Source: a virus
Virus record (IMG/VR): IMGVR_UViG_3300017992_000021
Coordinates: 13,060 to 77,059 of that record
DNA length: 64,000 nt
Reading direction: 5' to 3' (one strand)
In this document: positions 1 through 9,424 of the stretch, one piece after another
Layout of the letters: each line of letters begins with the position of its first letter
Numbering within the stretch: the first letter of the stretch is position 1
Made by a program: the position numbers and the translations under genes
The notes under the pieces: model-generated
Databases searched by the model: none
The model's input: the letters and a program-made list of their open reading frames with translations, nothing else
Told to the model about the DNA's origin: nothing

Positions 1-14
1 TTTGGCAAGGTGAG

Positions 15-875
15 GTGTTCACTGGTCTTTTTCATGGGGTCTTTAAGATGCTGATGACCTACATCAAGGACATCAAGCCTGCGAAGATCGCTATCGTGTC
101 CGACCCGATGAACCCCGATGAAAAACGATCGTGGCGGCACAACTTCTTACCCACGTACAAGAACCGCGCACCTAAACGCGATGAGAAAGCACAGCGGCGG
201 TACACCGCGATCCAACGGCAGCTAATTGAACTCAAGCACGCGATGCTAATGCTGCCGCTGTACTGGTTCGAGCAAGGCTACAACGAAGCCGACGACGTTA
301 TCGGGTCCGTCTGCAAGTACCTATGGCCCGACGAGCAGAAAGTGATCGTGTCCACGGACAAGGACATGTTCCAGCTTGTTGATAACAACACCAAGGTCTT
401 CTACCCCGGCTACAAGAACCGCATGTGGGTGTCTGCTGCGGATTTCTCGAATCAGATGGCCCGCTTCGTGGAGCACAACAAGAAGGTTCCCCTCGAAGAG
501 TGGTGGCACCCGGAAAATACCCGTCAGTGGCTTGAGTACCGCATCCTGCGCGGCGACACCAGCGACTGCATTCCCGGCCTTAGGGGCGTCGGCGTGAAAA
601 AGGCGTGGGAGATCATGAAGGACGGCGGCTTCGCTGCCCACTGTGAGAAAGTCGAAGGCGGTAGTCGGAAAATCGACAAGTACCTCACAAGCGCAGAGGC
701 AGCCAACACCTACAGCACAAATTTGTACTTGATGTCGCTACCAAGTCCGATGGCGACTCACATTTTGTTCGACTCAGGGCACCACCAGTACTCGACAGGC
801 AATTTGCAGGGCTTTATCGCTTGGTGCGAGCGGTATGGACTTAAAGAGATCCAGAAAATAACAACGATGGTCTAA
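15..875 (+). CDS. 5'-3' exonuclease / flap endonuclease (T5 D15 / T4 RNase H-like); N-terminus probably upstream of the window
   Basis: Motifs EADDVIG and VSTDKDMFQL; H3TH motif LRGDTSDCIPGLRGVGVKKA. Confidence 0.93.
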   Translation: MFTGLFHGVFKMLMTYIKDIKPAKIAIVSDPMNPDEKRSWRHNFLPTYKNRAPKRDEKAQRRYTAIQRQLIELKHAMLMLPLYWFEQGYNEADDVIGSVCKYLWPDEQKVIVSTDKDMFQLVDNNTKVFYPGYKNRMWVSAADFSNQMARFVEHNKKVPLEEWWHPENTRQWLEYRILRGDTSDCIPGLRGVGVKKAWEIMKDGGFAAHCEKVEGGSRKIDKYLTSAEAANTYSTNLYLMSLPSPMATHILFDSGHHQYSTGNLQGFIAWCERYGLKEIQKITTMV

Positions 876-902
876 CGACCGGCTTTCTTCGATGGAGAGC
901 AG

Positions 903-1970
903 ATGAACTTGATCCGCACACCCGACAAGGTTATCGCTGTAGTAGGCGGTGACCACCATATGCACCCTTGGCCGCAGTACAACGACGTGAGTACCAGCGT
1001 ATTCGGTTCGCGTATTGATCGCAGCCTAGAGTCGCTCGCAGAAGGCGCTGAGGCCGCGTGCTTCTACGAAGTTCCATTAATCATCAACGGCGACCTGATG
1101 CACACCAAGAACTCCATACCGCCGCACGTGCTTTTAGCACTACGAGGGCATTTCCACAGGTACGAGGATGTCTATCACTTCATCAACACCGGCAACCATG
1201 AACGCCCTGATAAGTCAGGCATTACTACGCTCGATATCCTGAACGAATTTAACAACGTACTTGTGTACTCCACTCCAGCGCCAGTCCTCCTACCAATCGA
1301 TGAAAGCAGACCTGATGTTTACACCAATCAGGTGGCGGTGGTTATGTTGCCGTGGACGTACGAGCCAGCGGGCTTTATTAAAGACGCCAAAGCTGAAGCA
1401 CAGGTAGCGCGTGAAACGGGAGTAAAACACGTGGTATTGCTGGCGCATTACCCGGTGTGTGGTGCCAAGCTAGGTACAGGCACCACCCTCAATGAAGCCC
1501 CCGGCTACGAGTCGTTCTTGCCGGAGCACTACGATCTCTTGCTGTTCAATGATATCCACAAGCAGCAACCCGTCGGCGATAAGGGCTACCACTTAGGCGC
1601 CACCCACGCCAACAGCTTCAGTGACGCCGATTATGATTGTCATTGGTGGCTTCTCGGCGTGGATGCCAGCGGCCCGTGTATATGGCCTGTAAAAACGAAA
1701 ATTTCAGGGTTCAAAATTGCGACAACTGAAGATGAAGCTGATCAGCTTACTGAGGCAGGTCACTTCACGAAAATAAACATTGAGGCGAGTATACAAAAAC
1801 AAGTGACACACGCGGAATTACCTCGCATTGCAACAGCAACGGACAACCTCGCGGATTTAATCGACGGGTACTTCACCGCGAATAACGGCTATAAACTGGA
1901 TCTGACACCCGAAGAGGTGCAATGTGCAAAGGAGCGTATCACGTGGGCGATAAACCAAGCGAAGGTGTGA
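903..1970 (+). CDS. SbcD/Mre11 (gp47-like) metallophosphoesterase nuclease
   Basis: Calcineurin-like motifs GDHH, NGDLMH, GNHE, LAH, DIHK; SbcC homologue downstream; RBS GATGGAGAG. Confidence 0.85.
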   Translation: MNLIRTPDKVIAVVGGDHHMHPWPQYNDVSTSVFGSRIDRSLESLAEGAEAACFYEVPLIINGDLMHTKNSIPPHVLLALRGHFHRYEDVYHFINTGNHERPDKSGITTLDILNEFNNVLVYSTPAPVLLPIDESRPDVYTNQVAVVMLPWTYEPAGFIKDAKAEAQVARETGVKHVVLLAHYPVCGAKLGTGTTLNEAPGYESFLPEHYDLLLFNDIHKQQPVGDKGYHLGATHANSFSDADYDCHWWLLGVDASGPCIWPVKTKISGFKIATTEDEADQLTEAGHFTKINIEASIQKQVTHAELPRIATATDNLADLIDGYFTANNGYKLDLTPEEVQCAKERITWAINQAKV

Positions 1971-2395
1971 AGCGCGTATTTGATGACGACCTAGACAAGA
2001 TAATCGAAGAACTAGGTAGCGTAGAAGAACGCATGGGTGACGGCGATAGGGTCCATGCACGCACGCCACTAAACCGCGAAGCACTGAAGGACCTCGCAAG
2101 CATCTGCAGTGAGTTGAAACGTCTGCGGAAAATGGAAAAGCGGGTGCAGCGCCAGCGATTAAATGAGTCCTACTACGGATACTGCGATAAATGTGCCCAT
2201 AATCGCGGGGAACGACATGTCTTCATGCGGGGCAGCGAGACGTACTGCACCTACTTCGGCTGGCACGACAAATTCGGATGCCCGCACTTCGAGCTAGCCG
2301 AAGGGAGAGAACTCAACGAGAGCGAACTAGAAATGAAGTCCTTGATCGAAGAGGCGAGGAAGGAATCGAACGGTGAAACTGATAACCAAGGTTGA
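1967..2395 (+). CDS. hypothetical protein with Cys motifs (CDKC...C...CPHF)
   Basis: GTGA overlap with the upstream stop; co-oriented operon. Confidence 0.6.
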   Translation: MKRVFDDDLDKIIEELGSVEERMGDGDRVHARTPLNREALKDLASICSELKRLRKMEKRVQRQRLNESYYGYCDKCAHNRGERHVFMRGSETYCTYFGWHDKFGCPHFELAEGRELNESELEMKSLIEEARKESNGETDNQG

Positions 2396-2609
2396 AACAG
2401 GTTTTGCAAATTGCGACCACGATGACACGTACGAAATCACCCGTGAAGAACTATCGCATTGCAAAACCGCTGAAGATGTTGAGAAATACATCGATGAAGC
2501 CGTAGCGACCGAGATAGCCAATTACATTAGCGGACACGGCTGGTTCGTCCACAACGGCAAAGAACTCGATGCGGATGCTGTGCTGGAGTGGGCAAAGGGA
2601 GAAGCATGA
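2373..2609 (+). CDS. hypothetical acidic protein
   Basis: Overlapping operon arrangement; RBS GGAAGG. Confidence 0.6.
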   Translation: MKLITKVETGFANCDHDDTYEITREELSHCKTAEDVEKYIDEAVATEIANYISGHGWFVHNGKELDADAVLEWAKGEA

Positions 2610-2866
2610 AACGACTTAGGCATTTCTTAGCTACGTACTGGTTCCGATTGTGGGGGCGGTATTGGTGTGAGGCAGCAGAAGCACTAGTCTCGTGGGCGCT
2701 CATGGCGTTACTGGTACCGGTGCTCATTTTATTAACGGCGGTTTGTCCGATACGTGCGCTCATTGACGTGTGTCGCGGACGGCTTTCACGTAAATGCAAG
2801 ACTACCGGCACATGGCTCCACTACAACCCGAGGGACAAAACGTGGCGTGGTGAGATCGAACTATAG
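2606..2866 (+). CDS. hypothetical membrane protein
   Basis: ATGA overlap; hydrophobic segment ALVSWALMALLVPVLILLTAV. Confidence 0.55.
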   Translation: MKRLRHFLATYWFRLWGRYWCEAAEALVSWALMALLVPVLILLTAVCPIRALIDVCRGRLSRKCKTTGTWLHYNPRDKTWRGEIEL

Positions 2867-2890
2867 CGCAGGAAAGGTAAGAAAATCACA

Positions 2891-3169
2891 ATGGCTAAGA
2901 GACAAGCACGTAAAGTTGATGCGACCAACCCCGGCCACTACATCGATGAGAAAATGGAACCCATCGAGGTTATCGATGCGATGGGTATCAGCGAGGGGTT
3001 TTGTGTCGGTAACGCGATTAAGTACCTCATGCGATTCGAGCACAAGAACGGCGTGGAGGATCTTCGTAAAGCCCGCTGGTATCTGAACTACGCAATTGCA
3101 AAGAAACTAGGCGCAGCATGTGAAGATGCAATCGCATACGCCCGCGCCAAACATTCGGGAGATAGATAA
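2891..3169 (+). CDS. DUF3310 family protein (T7 gp1.7/SaV-like putative nucleotide kinase)
   Basis: NPGHY...EPIEVI...GFCVGNAIKYLMR...KNGVEDLRKARWYL signature. Confidence 0.9.
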   Translation: MAKRQARKVDATNPGHYIDEKMEPIEVIDAMGISEGFCVGNAIKYLMRFEHKNGVEDLRKARWYLNYAIAKKLGAACEDAIAYARAKHSGDR

Positions 3170-3903
3170 TGAGCACACTGACCGTCGTTGAACCGAAATT
3201 CGAATTGATGACCGAACCAGAAGAGTTCAAGTTCATCATGCGGAAGCTGGAGCGCGCTGGCCGCACCTGCTATAAATCCGAAAAAGCCATGCGTGAGGAT
3301 TCGGCTGATGACTTCATCAAGAAGATCATCGATAGCGGCCATGAGTCCGTCATTGAGCACGCTGTAATTACAGGTCGGTGTATCGGGTCTCGTTCGATGT
3401 CACACCAGCTTGTGCGACATCGCATCGCCGCTTACTCACAAGAGTCGCAGCGGTACTGTGACTACAGCGGCGACGGCGATGAAGGCTTGCGGATTATCGT
3501 GCCGCCATCTGTCGGGAAGATCGTTCCGGGTGTGTATCATAAACCGGGTGATGCGTCGTACTGGCATCCTGTCGAGGGCACGGGTGCTGAGATTCCCGAC
3601 GGCGGTCTGGTGCCTGATAAGATCACGATGTATATGGACTCGGTTGCGGCGTCGTATCAGGCGTATCAGGATTTGCGCGAGCATGGTATCAAGCCGGAAG
3701 ACGCCCGCGAACTATTACCCAACGCCACCAAGACTGAGGTCGTGACCACCTACAATTTGCGTACGTGGCGACACGTCTTCCGCGAGCGGGCGCTCAATTC
3801 ACACGCCCAGTGGCAGATCAAGAAAATCATGCGCGAGGCGCTAGCCATTTTCGCAGAATACCTGCCGGTTATTTTCGGCGACCTACAGGAACAGGTAAAA
3901 TGA
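3169..3903 (+). CDS. thyX: FAD-dependent thymidylate synthase ThyX
   Basis: AGRTCYKS, GHESVIEH, HQLVRHR-x7-SQRY (ThyX motif), PEDARELLP, NLRTWRH, HAQWQI. Confidence 0.97.
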   Translation: MSTLTVVEPKFELMTEPEEFKFIMRKLERAGRTCYKSEKAMREDSADDFIKKIIDSGHESVIEHAVITGRCIGSRSMSHQLVRHRIAAYSQESQRYCDYSGDGDEGLRIIVPPSVGKIVPGVYHKPGDASYWHPVEGTGAEIPDGGLVPDKITMYMDSVAASYQAYQDLREHGIKPEDARELLPNATKTEVVTTYNLRTWRHVFRERALNSHAQWQIKKIMREALAIFAEYLPVIFGDLQEQVK

Positions 3904-4172
3904 ATAGAACGACTGACATTAAATGGGACGGCTGGCTGAAGCACGCCGACATCATCAAGAAAATCAAGTATAACATCGCCAAACTGTGGGACGCCGGAGG
4001 GGAGCCGAATATCGTCGTTGTTCCAAAACAATTCAGGGCACTCGCTGGTAGCGTCATCCTTGGGTGTAAAGTTGTAACAAGCCACGAGTACAACGACCCG
4101 GAGCGTATCTACGTCTTCGATACCAACAAGCTCGACCCGAAGCTGGAATTAACAGCGACACCCAACAAGTAG
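3900..4172 (+). CDS. hypothetical protein
   Basis: ATGA overlap with the thyX stop; RBS AGG. Confidence 0.55.
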   Translation: MNRTTDIKWDGWLKHADIIKKIKYNIAKLWDAGGEPNIVVVPKQFRALAGSVILGCKVVTSHEYNDPERIYVFDTNKLDPKLELTATPNK

Positions 4173-4226
4173 GTTTCCTAAAATGGGGTGGTTTCCCACG
4201 TGGGAAACCACCTGAAAATAGGAAAC
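4173..4226. repeat. long inverted repeat with a perfect 26-bp palindromic core
   Basis: GGTGGTTTCCCACGTGGGAAACCACC (4187-4212) plus outer arms GTTTCCTA/TAGGAAAC. Confidence 0.9.
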
Positions 4227-4238
4227 TCGGAGACGCTC

Positions 4239-6026
4239 ATGCGCATCGTAGGTAAGAACTTCAAGTGCTTCAGCCACTTCGACATCAATTTCGAGCCCGG
4301 CACGAATAACGTCGTGTTGGGCGACAGCAGCGACACCGACTATGCAGACTCCAACGGGGCAGGCAAGACCACCTTGGGCATCCACGCACTATGCTGGGTG
4401 CGTTACGGTAAGTACCCCGGAATGAGTAATGTCAACAGCCCGATAAACCTCGCAGCAGGGAAAGGCTGTGAGGTTTACCATGAGTTTACAGATACTTCGG
4501 GCAATCCCTGCATCATCAAACGCAGTCGTAAGCCGACTAAGCTGGAGTTCTGGCAGAACGGTACTGAAGTCAGCGGCGACAAAGATGTCGTGCAGGAAAA
4601 GATCAACGCCGCTATCGGTTGCGATTATGATTTCTACGTTAGGGTGTTTTTATATACCGGCGCTGATGAGTTCAAGTTCGCCAAGCTTACTGATGCGAAA
4701 CAGAAAGCGATTCTCGACACCATCCTGCCAATGGACTTCGATAAGCCGCGCGAACTGGCGGTGAAGGAGCGGGACAAGATTGCACAAGCCCGCGATAATA
4801 ACCGGCGCGATGTAGCCAACGTGATCGGCGAAATCAACACCGTGGGTTCGCAGATCCGTGAAGAAGAACAGCAGATAAACATTTGGGAGACCCAAAAACA
4901 GTCTGACTGGGCCGCCATCGAACAGAACGTGAAAGCGTGGGGTAACGTCCACGCTCAGAAAAAAGTGGAATACGATGATGTATGCGCACAAGCATCCGAG
5001 ACTCTATCCGCCTACACCAAGCTCCACGATCAAGTCGTGGTTCTTAGAAAAGATCGAACAGTACTTGAGCAGAAGCTGTTCGATGAAAAGACCCGACTCG
5101 CGTCGCTGTCCGGTAACGCTGATAACCGCATCTGCCCTACTTGCCACCAACGACTCGTGGATGAAACTGCTCTGGGACACGTACAGCAAAGAGTCACCGA
5201 AGTCGAAGCCTCTGTGGCACAGTTGGAACAGCAAGTAGCCGCGCTGCCGGACTCAACTGAGATAGAACAGGAGTTCGCGAAAGCTTCTGCAGAACTGGAT
5301 CACATAACCGGCGTCAAGGAGCACATCAACAACGAGATGCGCGAGGCTATGCATCATGTTGAGACTGGCACCGCGCAACTGAACAACAAGCCCGAGGGCG
5401 ACAATCCACACATCCACGCGTGCAAACTACTCAGCGACACTTTACAAAGACACCAAGACCGCAAAGCGGAATTAGATGCGGAGTGGAACAAGTGCGAGGA
5501 CGACCTGAAAATATGGGATGCCGTTGTCGGCGCCTTCGGTGCGAAGGGTCTAAAGCACTACGCCTTCGAAACGTTATGCCCGGAGCTTACCGCGACAGCG
5601 CACACGCTACTGAAGTACCTGTCGCCGGAAGACCTCGATGTAGAATTCAGATCCCATTCAACGGGTAAGAAGGTCAAGGAGGGTTTCCACATCGCCGCGC
5701 GCCGCAAGGGCGGCCCGCAGAATTACAGCGACCTCAGTGGTGGAGAGCGGGCAAGAATTGACTTGGTGGTCTTCTTAACGCTGTTCTTGACGGCCATGAA
5801 GCACGTCAGCAATACAGGCATCGTGGTCTTCGATGAGATCGCCGATACGCTTGACGATACAGGCAAGCAGATGGTCGTTCAGTTGCTTGATTTCTTCTCT
5901 AAAGAGTATGGCGTCACTTGCCTAATGCTGACCAACGACAAATCAATCTCTTCATACGTGTCACGAGGCTACTGCTGTAAGCGTACCGGAGACGTAAGCG
6001 AGGTGGAAAGGATTTTGGAAGGATGA
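4239..6026 (+). CDS. SbcC/Rad50 (gp46-like) SMC-type ATPase
   Basis: Walker A SNGAGKTT, coiled coils, zinc hook CPTC, ABC signature LSGGE, Walker B VVFDE; start moved to the ATG after RBS GGAG. Confidence 0.93.
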   Translation: MRIVGKNFKCFSHFDINFEPGTNNVVLGDSSDTDYADSNGAGKTTLGIHALCWVRYGKYPGMSNVNSPINLAAGKGCEVYHEFTDTSGNPCIIKRSRKPTKLEFWQNGTEVSGDKDVVQEKINAAIGCDYDFYVRVFLYTGADEFKFAKLTDAKQKAILDTILPMDFDKPRELAVKERDKIAQARDNNRRDVANVIGEINTVGSQIREEEQQINIWETQKQSDWAAIEQNVKAWGNVHAQKKVEYDDVCAQASETLSAYTKLHDQVVVLRKDRTVLEQKLFDEKTRLASLSGNADNRICPTCHQRLVDETALGHVQQRVTEVEASVAQLEQQVAALPDSTEIEQEFAKASAELDHITGVKEHINNEMREAMHHVETGTAQLNNKPEGDNPHIHACKLLSDTLQRHQDRKAELDAEWNKCEDDLKIWDAVVGAFGAKGLKHYAFETLCPELTATAHTLLKYLSPEDLDVEFRSHSTGKKVKEGFHIAARRKGGPQNYSDLSGGERARIDLVVFLTLFLTAMKHVSNTGIVVFDEIADTLDDTGKQMVVQLLDFFSKEYGVTCLMLTNDKSISSYVSRGYCCKRTGDVSEVERILEG

Positions 6027-6208
6027 AAATCTGGTGGTTCATTAAATGCTTCTTCGGTCTCGGCAGCATACACGACGGCTCTATCTGTTGGTTCAGTGAG
6101 AGATTCTGGGAGCGTCATGATTACCACGAGGGCCAAGGCGGCGACGGCGTACCCTCGCACGGCTACAGCTACACCTGCCCTAAATGCGGGAGGAAATTTA
6201 CGATATGA
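6023..6208 (+). CDS. small zinc-ribbon protein
   Basis: ATGA overlap; HDY...YTCPKCGRKF. Confidence 0.55.
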   Translation: MKIWWFIKCFFGLGSIHDGSICWFSERFWERHDYHEGQGGDGVPSHGYSYTCPKCGRKFTI

Positions 6209-6303
6209 AGGAAGACCTGCACGACCTACTAGTAGCCCTTGTACTGATGACACTGATAGGCGGCTTCGTGCTGTTCATTAAGATTGTACTGGAACTCATG
6301 TGA

Positions 6304-6747
6304 TTAGTACGGGAACGGGAGATCAGCAGTGACCTTGAGAACTTCCACCATGACGAAATTGATGAACTCCTCGAAATCCAACAGGTGGGCAACCGACTCC
6401 AGCTTGCCGCAGATGAACCGTGCGAGAATCATCCGTTCAATCTGGTCGAGCTTCTCCAGTTCACTCGCTATCGCGGGAATATTAGTGGCAATGTCAATCA
6501 GCCCGCATTCGCTCTCGATGAACATCAGCCTCGGCTGCTCCATCTCAGCGTACACCGCCTCCAGCGATTCCCGAACATGTCGCATGGCTTCGGCGCGCTG
6601 CTCGAATTCCATCACAGATTCTTCGGCAACTTCCGGGGCAGCCTCCGGGGTGACTTCCGGGGTAGAGCCGCATGCGCCGATCAACAAACAGGCGGCAATT
6701 GCAAGGATCATGTAGATAGCGAGAATGTATAGACTGAGACGTAACAT
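6304..6747 (-). CDS. putative lipoprotein
   Basis: Signal peptide with lipobox LIGA-C followed by a GSTPEVTPEAAPE linker. Confidence 0.7.
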   Translation of the reverse strand: MLRLSLYILAIYMILAIAACLLIGACGSTPEVTPEAAPEVAEESVMEFEQRAEAMRHVRESLEAVYAEMEQPRLMFIESECGLIDIATNIPAIASELEKLDQIERMILARFICGKLESVAHLLDFEEFINFVMVEVLKVTADLPFPY

Positions 6748-6754
6748 GGCACAC

Positions 6755-7597
6755 CTACCTAACAATGATGAGCTTACCGCGCGTTGCGGCTACCATTTGT
6801 TGCGCTTGAGCAAGACCTCGTTTGGAATCGCCTACAAACACATACACGAATTCGCAGCCGTCAGCGGCTAGCTCCTCCCAGAGCGGAAGGAACAGTTCAA
6901 GGGTCCTCGAAGAATAGGTGCCATCGCAAAGGAAGATGAACTTGTCTAAGTCTTGGTATTTCGTAGCTGCTATTTCAAGCGCGGTCCACGCAGCAGTGCC
7001 GCCCGTAGCCTTTAGTTCGTCTACCAAGTTCTCCGCCATGGCCTTATTAGAGTCGGTGGCGTCCACCAGAGCCTCGAATGAGGTGACCTCGCTCTCAAAG
7101 AACACCAGAGCAAAGTCGTCTTCCTCCTCGTCCAGTTCTCGGATGCACTTGATGGCCTCTTCCTTCACGAGCGTCATCCGTGAGGGCGGATTAGAGTACA
7201 CGTTGCCATCGGCGTCTTCCATAAGCGGAGGATTATCCATGGCACTGCGCATAGAGCCTGAGTGGTCGATAACCAGCACGAAATTACCGTCAACCTCTTC
7301 GCCGAAAAAGGTCGGGAGGCCCGTGGGTTCAATCGTGACAATTTCAGGCGGCGGTTCGACAGGCGGCGGAGGCGGTGGAGGCGGCGGCGGCGGCGGCGGT
7401 ACTATCCCTGTGGGCGGTAGACGCGGCGGAATGCCTTCGGTCTTGGGAAGGATAATACGTAGGGGCGGGGCGGGTTTATCAACCCCCTCGTCGACCTCGC
7501 GTAGAATCCGAGGGGTAGACGGCTTCTCACCCGTTACAACTCCGTGGAGAAGCATAACGCAGACGAGCGCCGCACTTAGTGCCCATGTAGTTTTCAA
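6755..7597 (-). CDS. membrane-anchored / secreted vWA (MIDAS) domain protein with polyproline stalk
   Basis: TTG start after RBS GGGAGG; N-terminal hydrophobic segment; 12-Pro run; MIDAS VIDHSGSM...GGT...FLCDG. Confidence 0.88.
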   Translation of the reverse strand: MKTTWALSAALVCVMLLHGVVTGEKPSTPRILREVDEGVDKPAPPLRIILPKTEGIPPRLPPTGIVPPPPPPPPPPPPPVEPPPEIVTIEPTGLPTFFGEEVDGNFVLVIDHSGSMRSAMDNPPLMEDADGNVYSNPPSRMTLVKEEAIKCIRELDEEEDDFALVFFESEVTSFEALVDATDSNKAMAENLVDELKATGGTAAWTALEIAATKYQDLDKFIFLCDGTYSSRTLELFLPLWEELAADGCEFVYVFVGDSKRGLAQAQQMVAATRGKLIIVR

Positions 7598-7633
7598 TTT
7601 AGCCCTCCCCTCTCGGATGTGGAGGCTACTCAT

Positions 7634-7662
7634 ATTATACACCACCGACCGGCGTGGGACAA
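7634..7662 (-). promoter_or_regulatory. sigma70-type promoter of the vWA/lipoprotein moron
   Basis: TTGTCC-17 nt-TATAAT on the minus strand. Confidence 0.75.
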
Positions 7663-7708
7663 GCGCGGGTACTGGGCTAGAGACGATCGAGGTATTACAG
7701 AAAGTCAA

Positions 7709-8242
7709 ATGATGGAACGCCGCGCTGTAGACCAGCTATTTAAGACCTCTTATATGGTCGACGTGAAACCGCACAAGATTGAGGTCTTCGAGTCAGACAC
7801 AGATCCCATCAAGAAGTGGATCTCTCTCGGTTGCGACGTGTCTGATAATTACGAATACGAGGACAAAAGCTGGCAAGACGGTTTCTTCGTTGATGCTGGC
7901 ATCAACGTATCGCTGCGACACTTCATGTGGATGCTCCGGCAGGTAAACGTCAATCACCGACACGCAATACCGTGGCTCCGGAGCGGCGGATGGGAACTCC
8001 CGCCTGACTTCCACGCGTGGCTGCACACGATCGTATTCAGCAACAACATGCAGGTAATCACGGCCTCCCGCCATCGCTTCGAGGAGGCGTGGATGCCTAC
8101 GATCTATCGCCAACGGTTCATCATCATGGAAGGCGCTGTCGTGAACGTCGATAAAGTCGTCAACGTCACCAGCGTCTGGAGCAATATTCAGGCTTACGCG
8201 CAGCTACTTGAACAACACGAAGAAACAGGAGGGGTGAGGTAA
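7709..8242 (+). CDS. hypothetical protein
   Basis: Long ORF resuming the + strand operon; TAATG overlap with the next gene. Confidence 0.6.
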   Translation: MMERRAVDQLFKTSYMVDVKPHKIEVFESDTDPIKKWISLGCDVSDNYEYEDKSWQDGFFVDAGINVSLRHFMWMLRQVNVNHRHAIPWLRSGGWELPPDFHAWLHTIVFSNNMQVITASRHRFEEAWMPTIYRQRFIIMEGAVVNVDKVVNVTSVWSNIQAYAQLLEQHEETGGVR

Positions 8243-8445
8243 TGTCTTATAGCGATGGGTTAAATTTACTCTCTTTTGTCATCGGCCTCGTTATAGGCGG
8301 CATGGTAGCCGCCGTCATTGTGATGGCGGTATGTAATGACGATATGAGCGACGTACGTAAAGAAGCTATCGAACGCGACTACGCGCAGTACAACCCAAAG
8401 ACCAGTGAGTGGGAGTGGATCGAGCCAGAGAAAGGCACAGAGTAA
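8242..8445 (+). CDS. small membrane protein
   Basis: TM helix LLSFVIGLVIGGMVAAVIVMAV; RBS GGAGGGG. Confidence 0.65.
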   Translation: MSYSDGLNLLSFVIGLVIGGMVAAVIVMAVCNDDMSDVRKEAIERDYAQYNPKTSEWEWIEPEKGTE

Positions 8446-8714
8446 TGGGAGTTCAACAAGTAACCCGAGTGACATGGCGGCGACCGGTATTTGAGGCGGT
8501 CCAATGGGACCCAATAGGTGAGTGGCCCAGTTTCGTGGAGCAAGCTGAAAAAGTTACCTTTTTAGATGACGAGTACGAACTCACCTGCTCGAACGGAGAC
8601 TCTTTGTACCCAAAGGCTGGTGATTACATCGTCACTTTCGAAGACGGTACACGCTGCTCCTACACATGCGACCAATTTTACAAAACCTTTGAAACAATAG
8701 TACCCGGTGGGTAA
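8445..8714 (+). CDS. phage protein with FEAVQW...GDYIV...F.KTFE motif (PGDYG-like family)
   Basis: Characteristic motif pattern; TAATG overlap. Confidence 0.65.
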   Translation: MGVQQVTRVTWRRPVFEAVQWDPIGEWPSFVEQAEKVTFLDDEYELTCSNGDSLYPKAGDYIVTFEDGTRCSYTCDQFYKTFETIVPGG

Positions 8715-8716
8715 AC

Positions 8717-9424
8717 ATGAACTACGACCACATCATCGGAATAGATCCCGGCTACGGAACGCAAGGTATCGCCATCCTCGACTGCCCTGTGGGGTCTAAA
8801 CCTCAGTTCAGCACCCTGTGCTCATCGATTACCGAGTCCAAGGTGTTCCCTTCGCACCACGAACGTTGTGATGCGCAGATCGACATCATCGAAGGCGCAC
8901 TTGGGACAGCACGACACACCATCTCTAACTCGCTTGCGATAATCGAGGAGTGGCGTACCAACCCGAAGGCCCGTAATAACGTCACCTCCTATCAGCGTGG
9001 ATTCTACGACGCGGTTCTGCGTCTACGCATGCAGAGAATTTGCAGAACCGTCATCACCGTGAATCCTATCTGGGTAAACCAGTACTCAAATCCCAAAGGG
9101 AAATTCACCAAAGGCGCCGAAAACCCGTCTGCAATCGAAATTCTCACTTACGTGCAGATGTCCTGCCCGTGGCTGAGCGAATTCGAAGCCGCTGAATGGC
9201 TTCTCGAACGCGGTACCGTCATTAAGCTGTCTCTTGAGGGCTACAAGTACTCTCGCAGTGAAAAAAACAAGATCCACTACGCTGATGCTGCTATCATGGC
9301 CGTGATGGGCTACATTGCGGCAGCCGATCCGATGCTTGCAGCGGGCCGACCGCCGCACCAGAAGGATATCACGCAGAAAATGTGTGCTCTCCTGAAGGCA
9401 GCGGCAATCAATGATACTCGATGA
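8717..9424 (+). CDS. RuvC-like Holliday junction resolvase
   Basis: IIGIDPG at the N-terminus, central IIEE, C-terminal ADAA acidic triad. Confidence 0.75.
   Translation: MNYDHIIGIDPGYGTQGIAILDCPVGSKPQFSTLCSSITESKVFPSHHERCDAQIDIIEGALGTARHTISNSLAIIEEWRTNPKARNNVTSYQRGFYDAVLRLRMQRICRTVITVNPIWVNQYSNPKGKFTKGAENPSAIEILTYVQMSCPWLSEFEAAEWLLERGTVIKLSLEGYKYSRSEKNKIHYADAAIMAVMGYIAAADPMLAAGRPPHQKDITQKMCALLKAAAINDTR

Noticed and set aside
6918-7712. 264-aa + strand ORF with a poly-Gly tract
   Set aside because: Antisense of the vWA gene; poly-Gly mirrors the polyproline codons.
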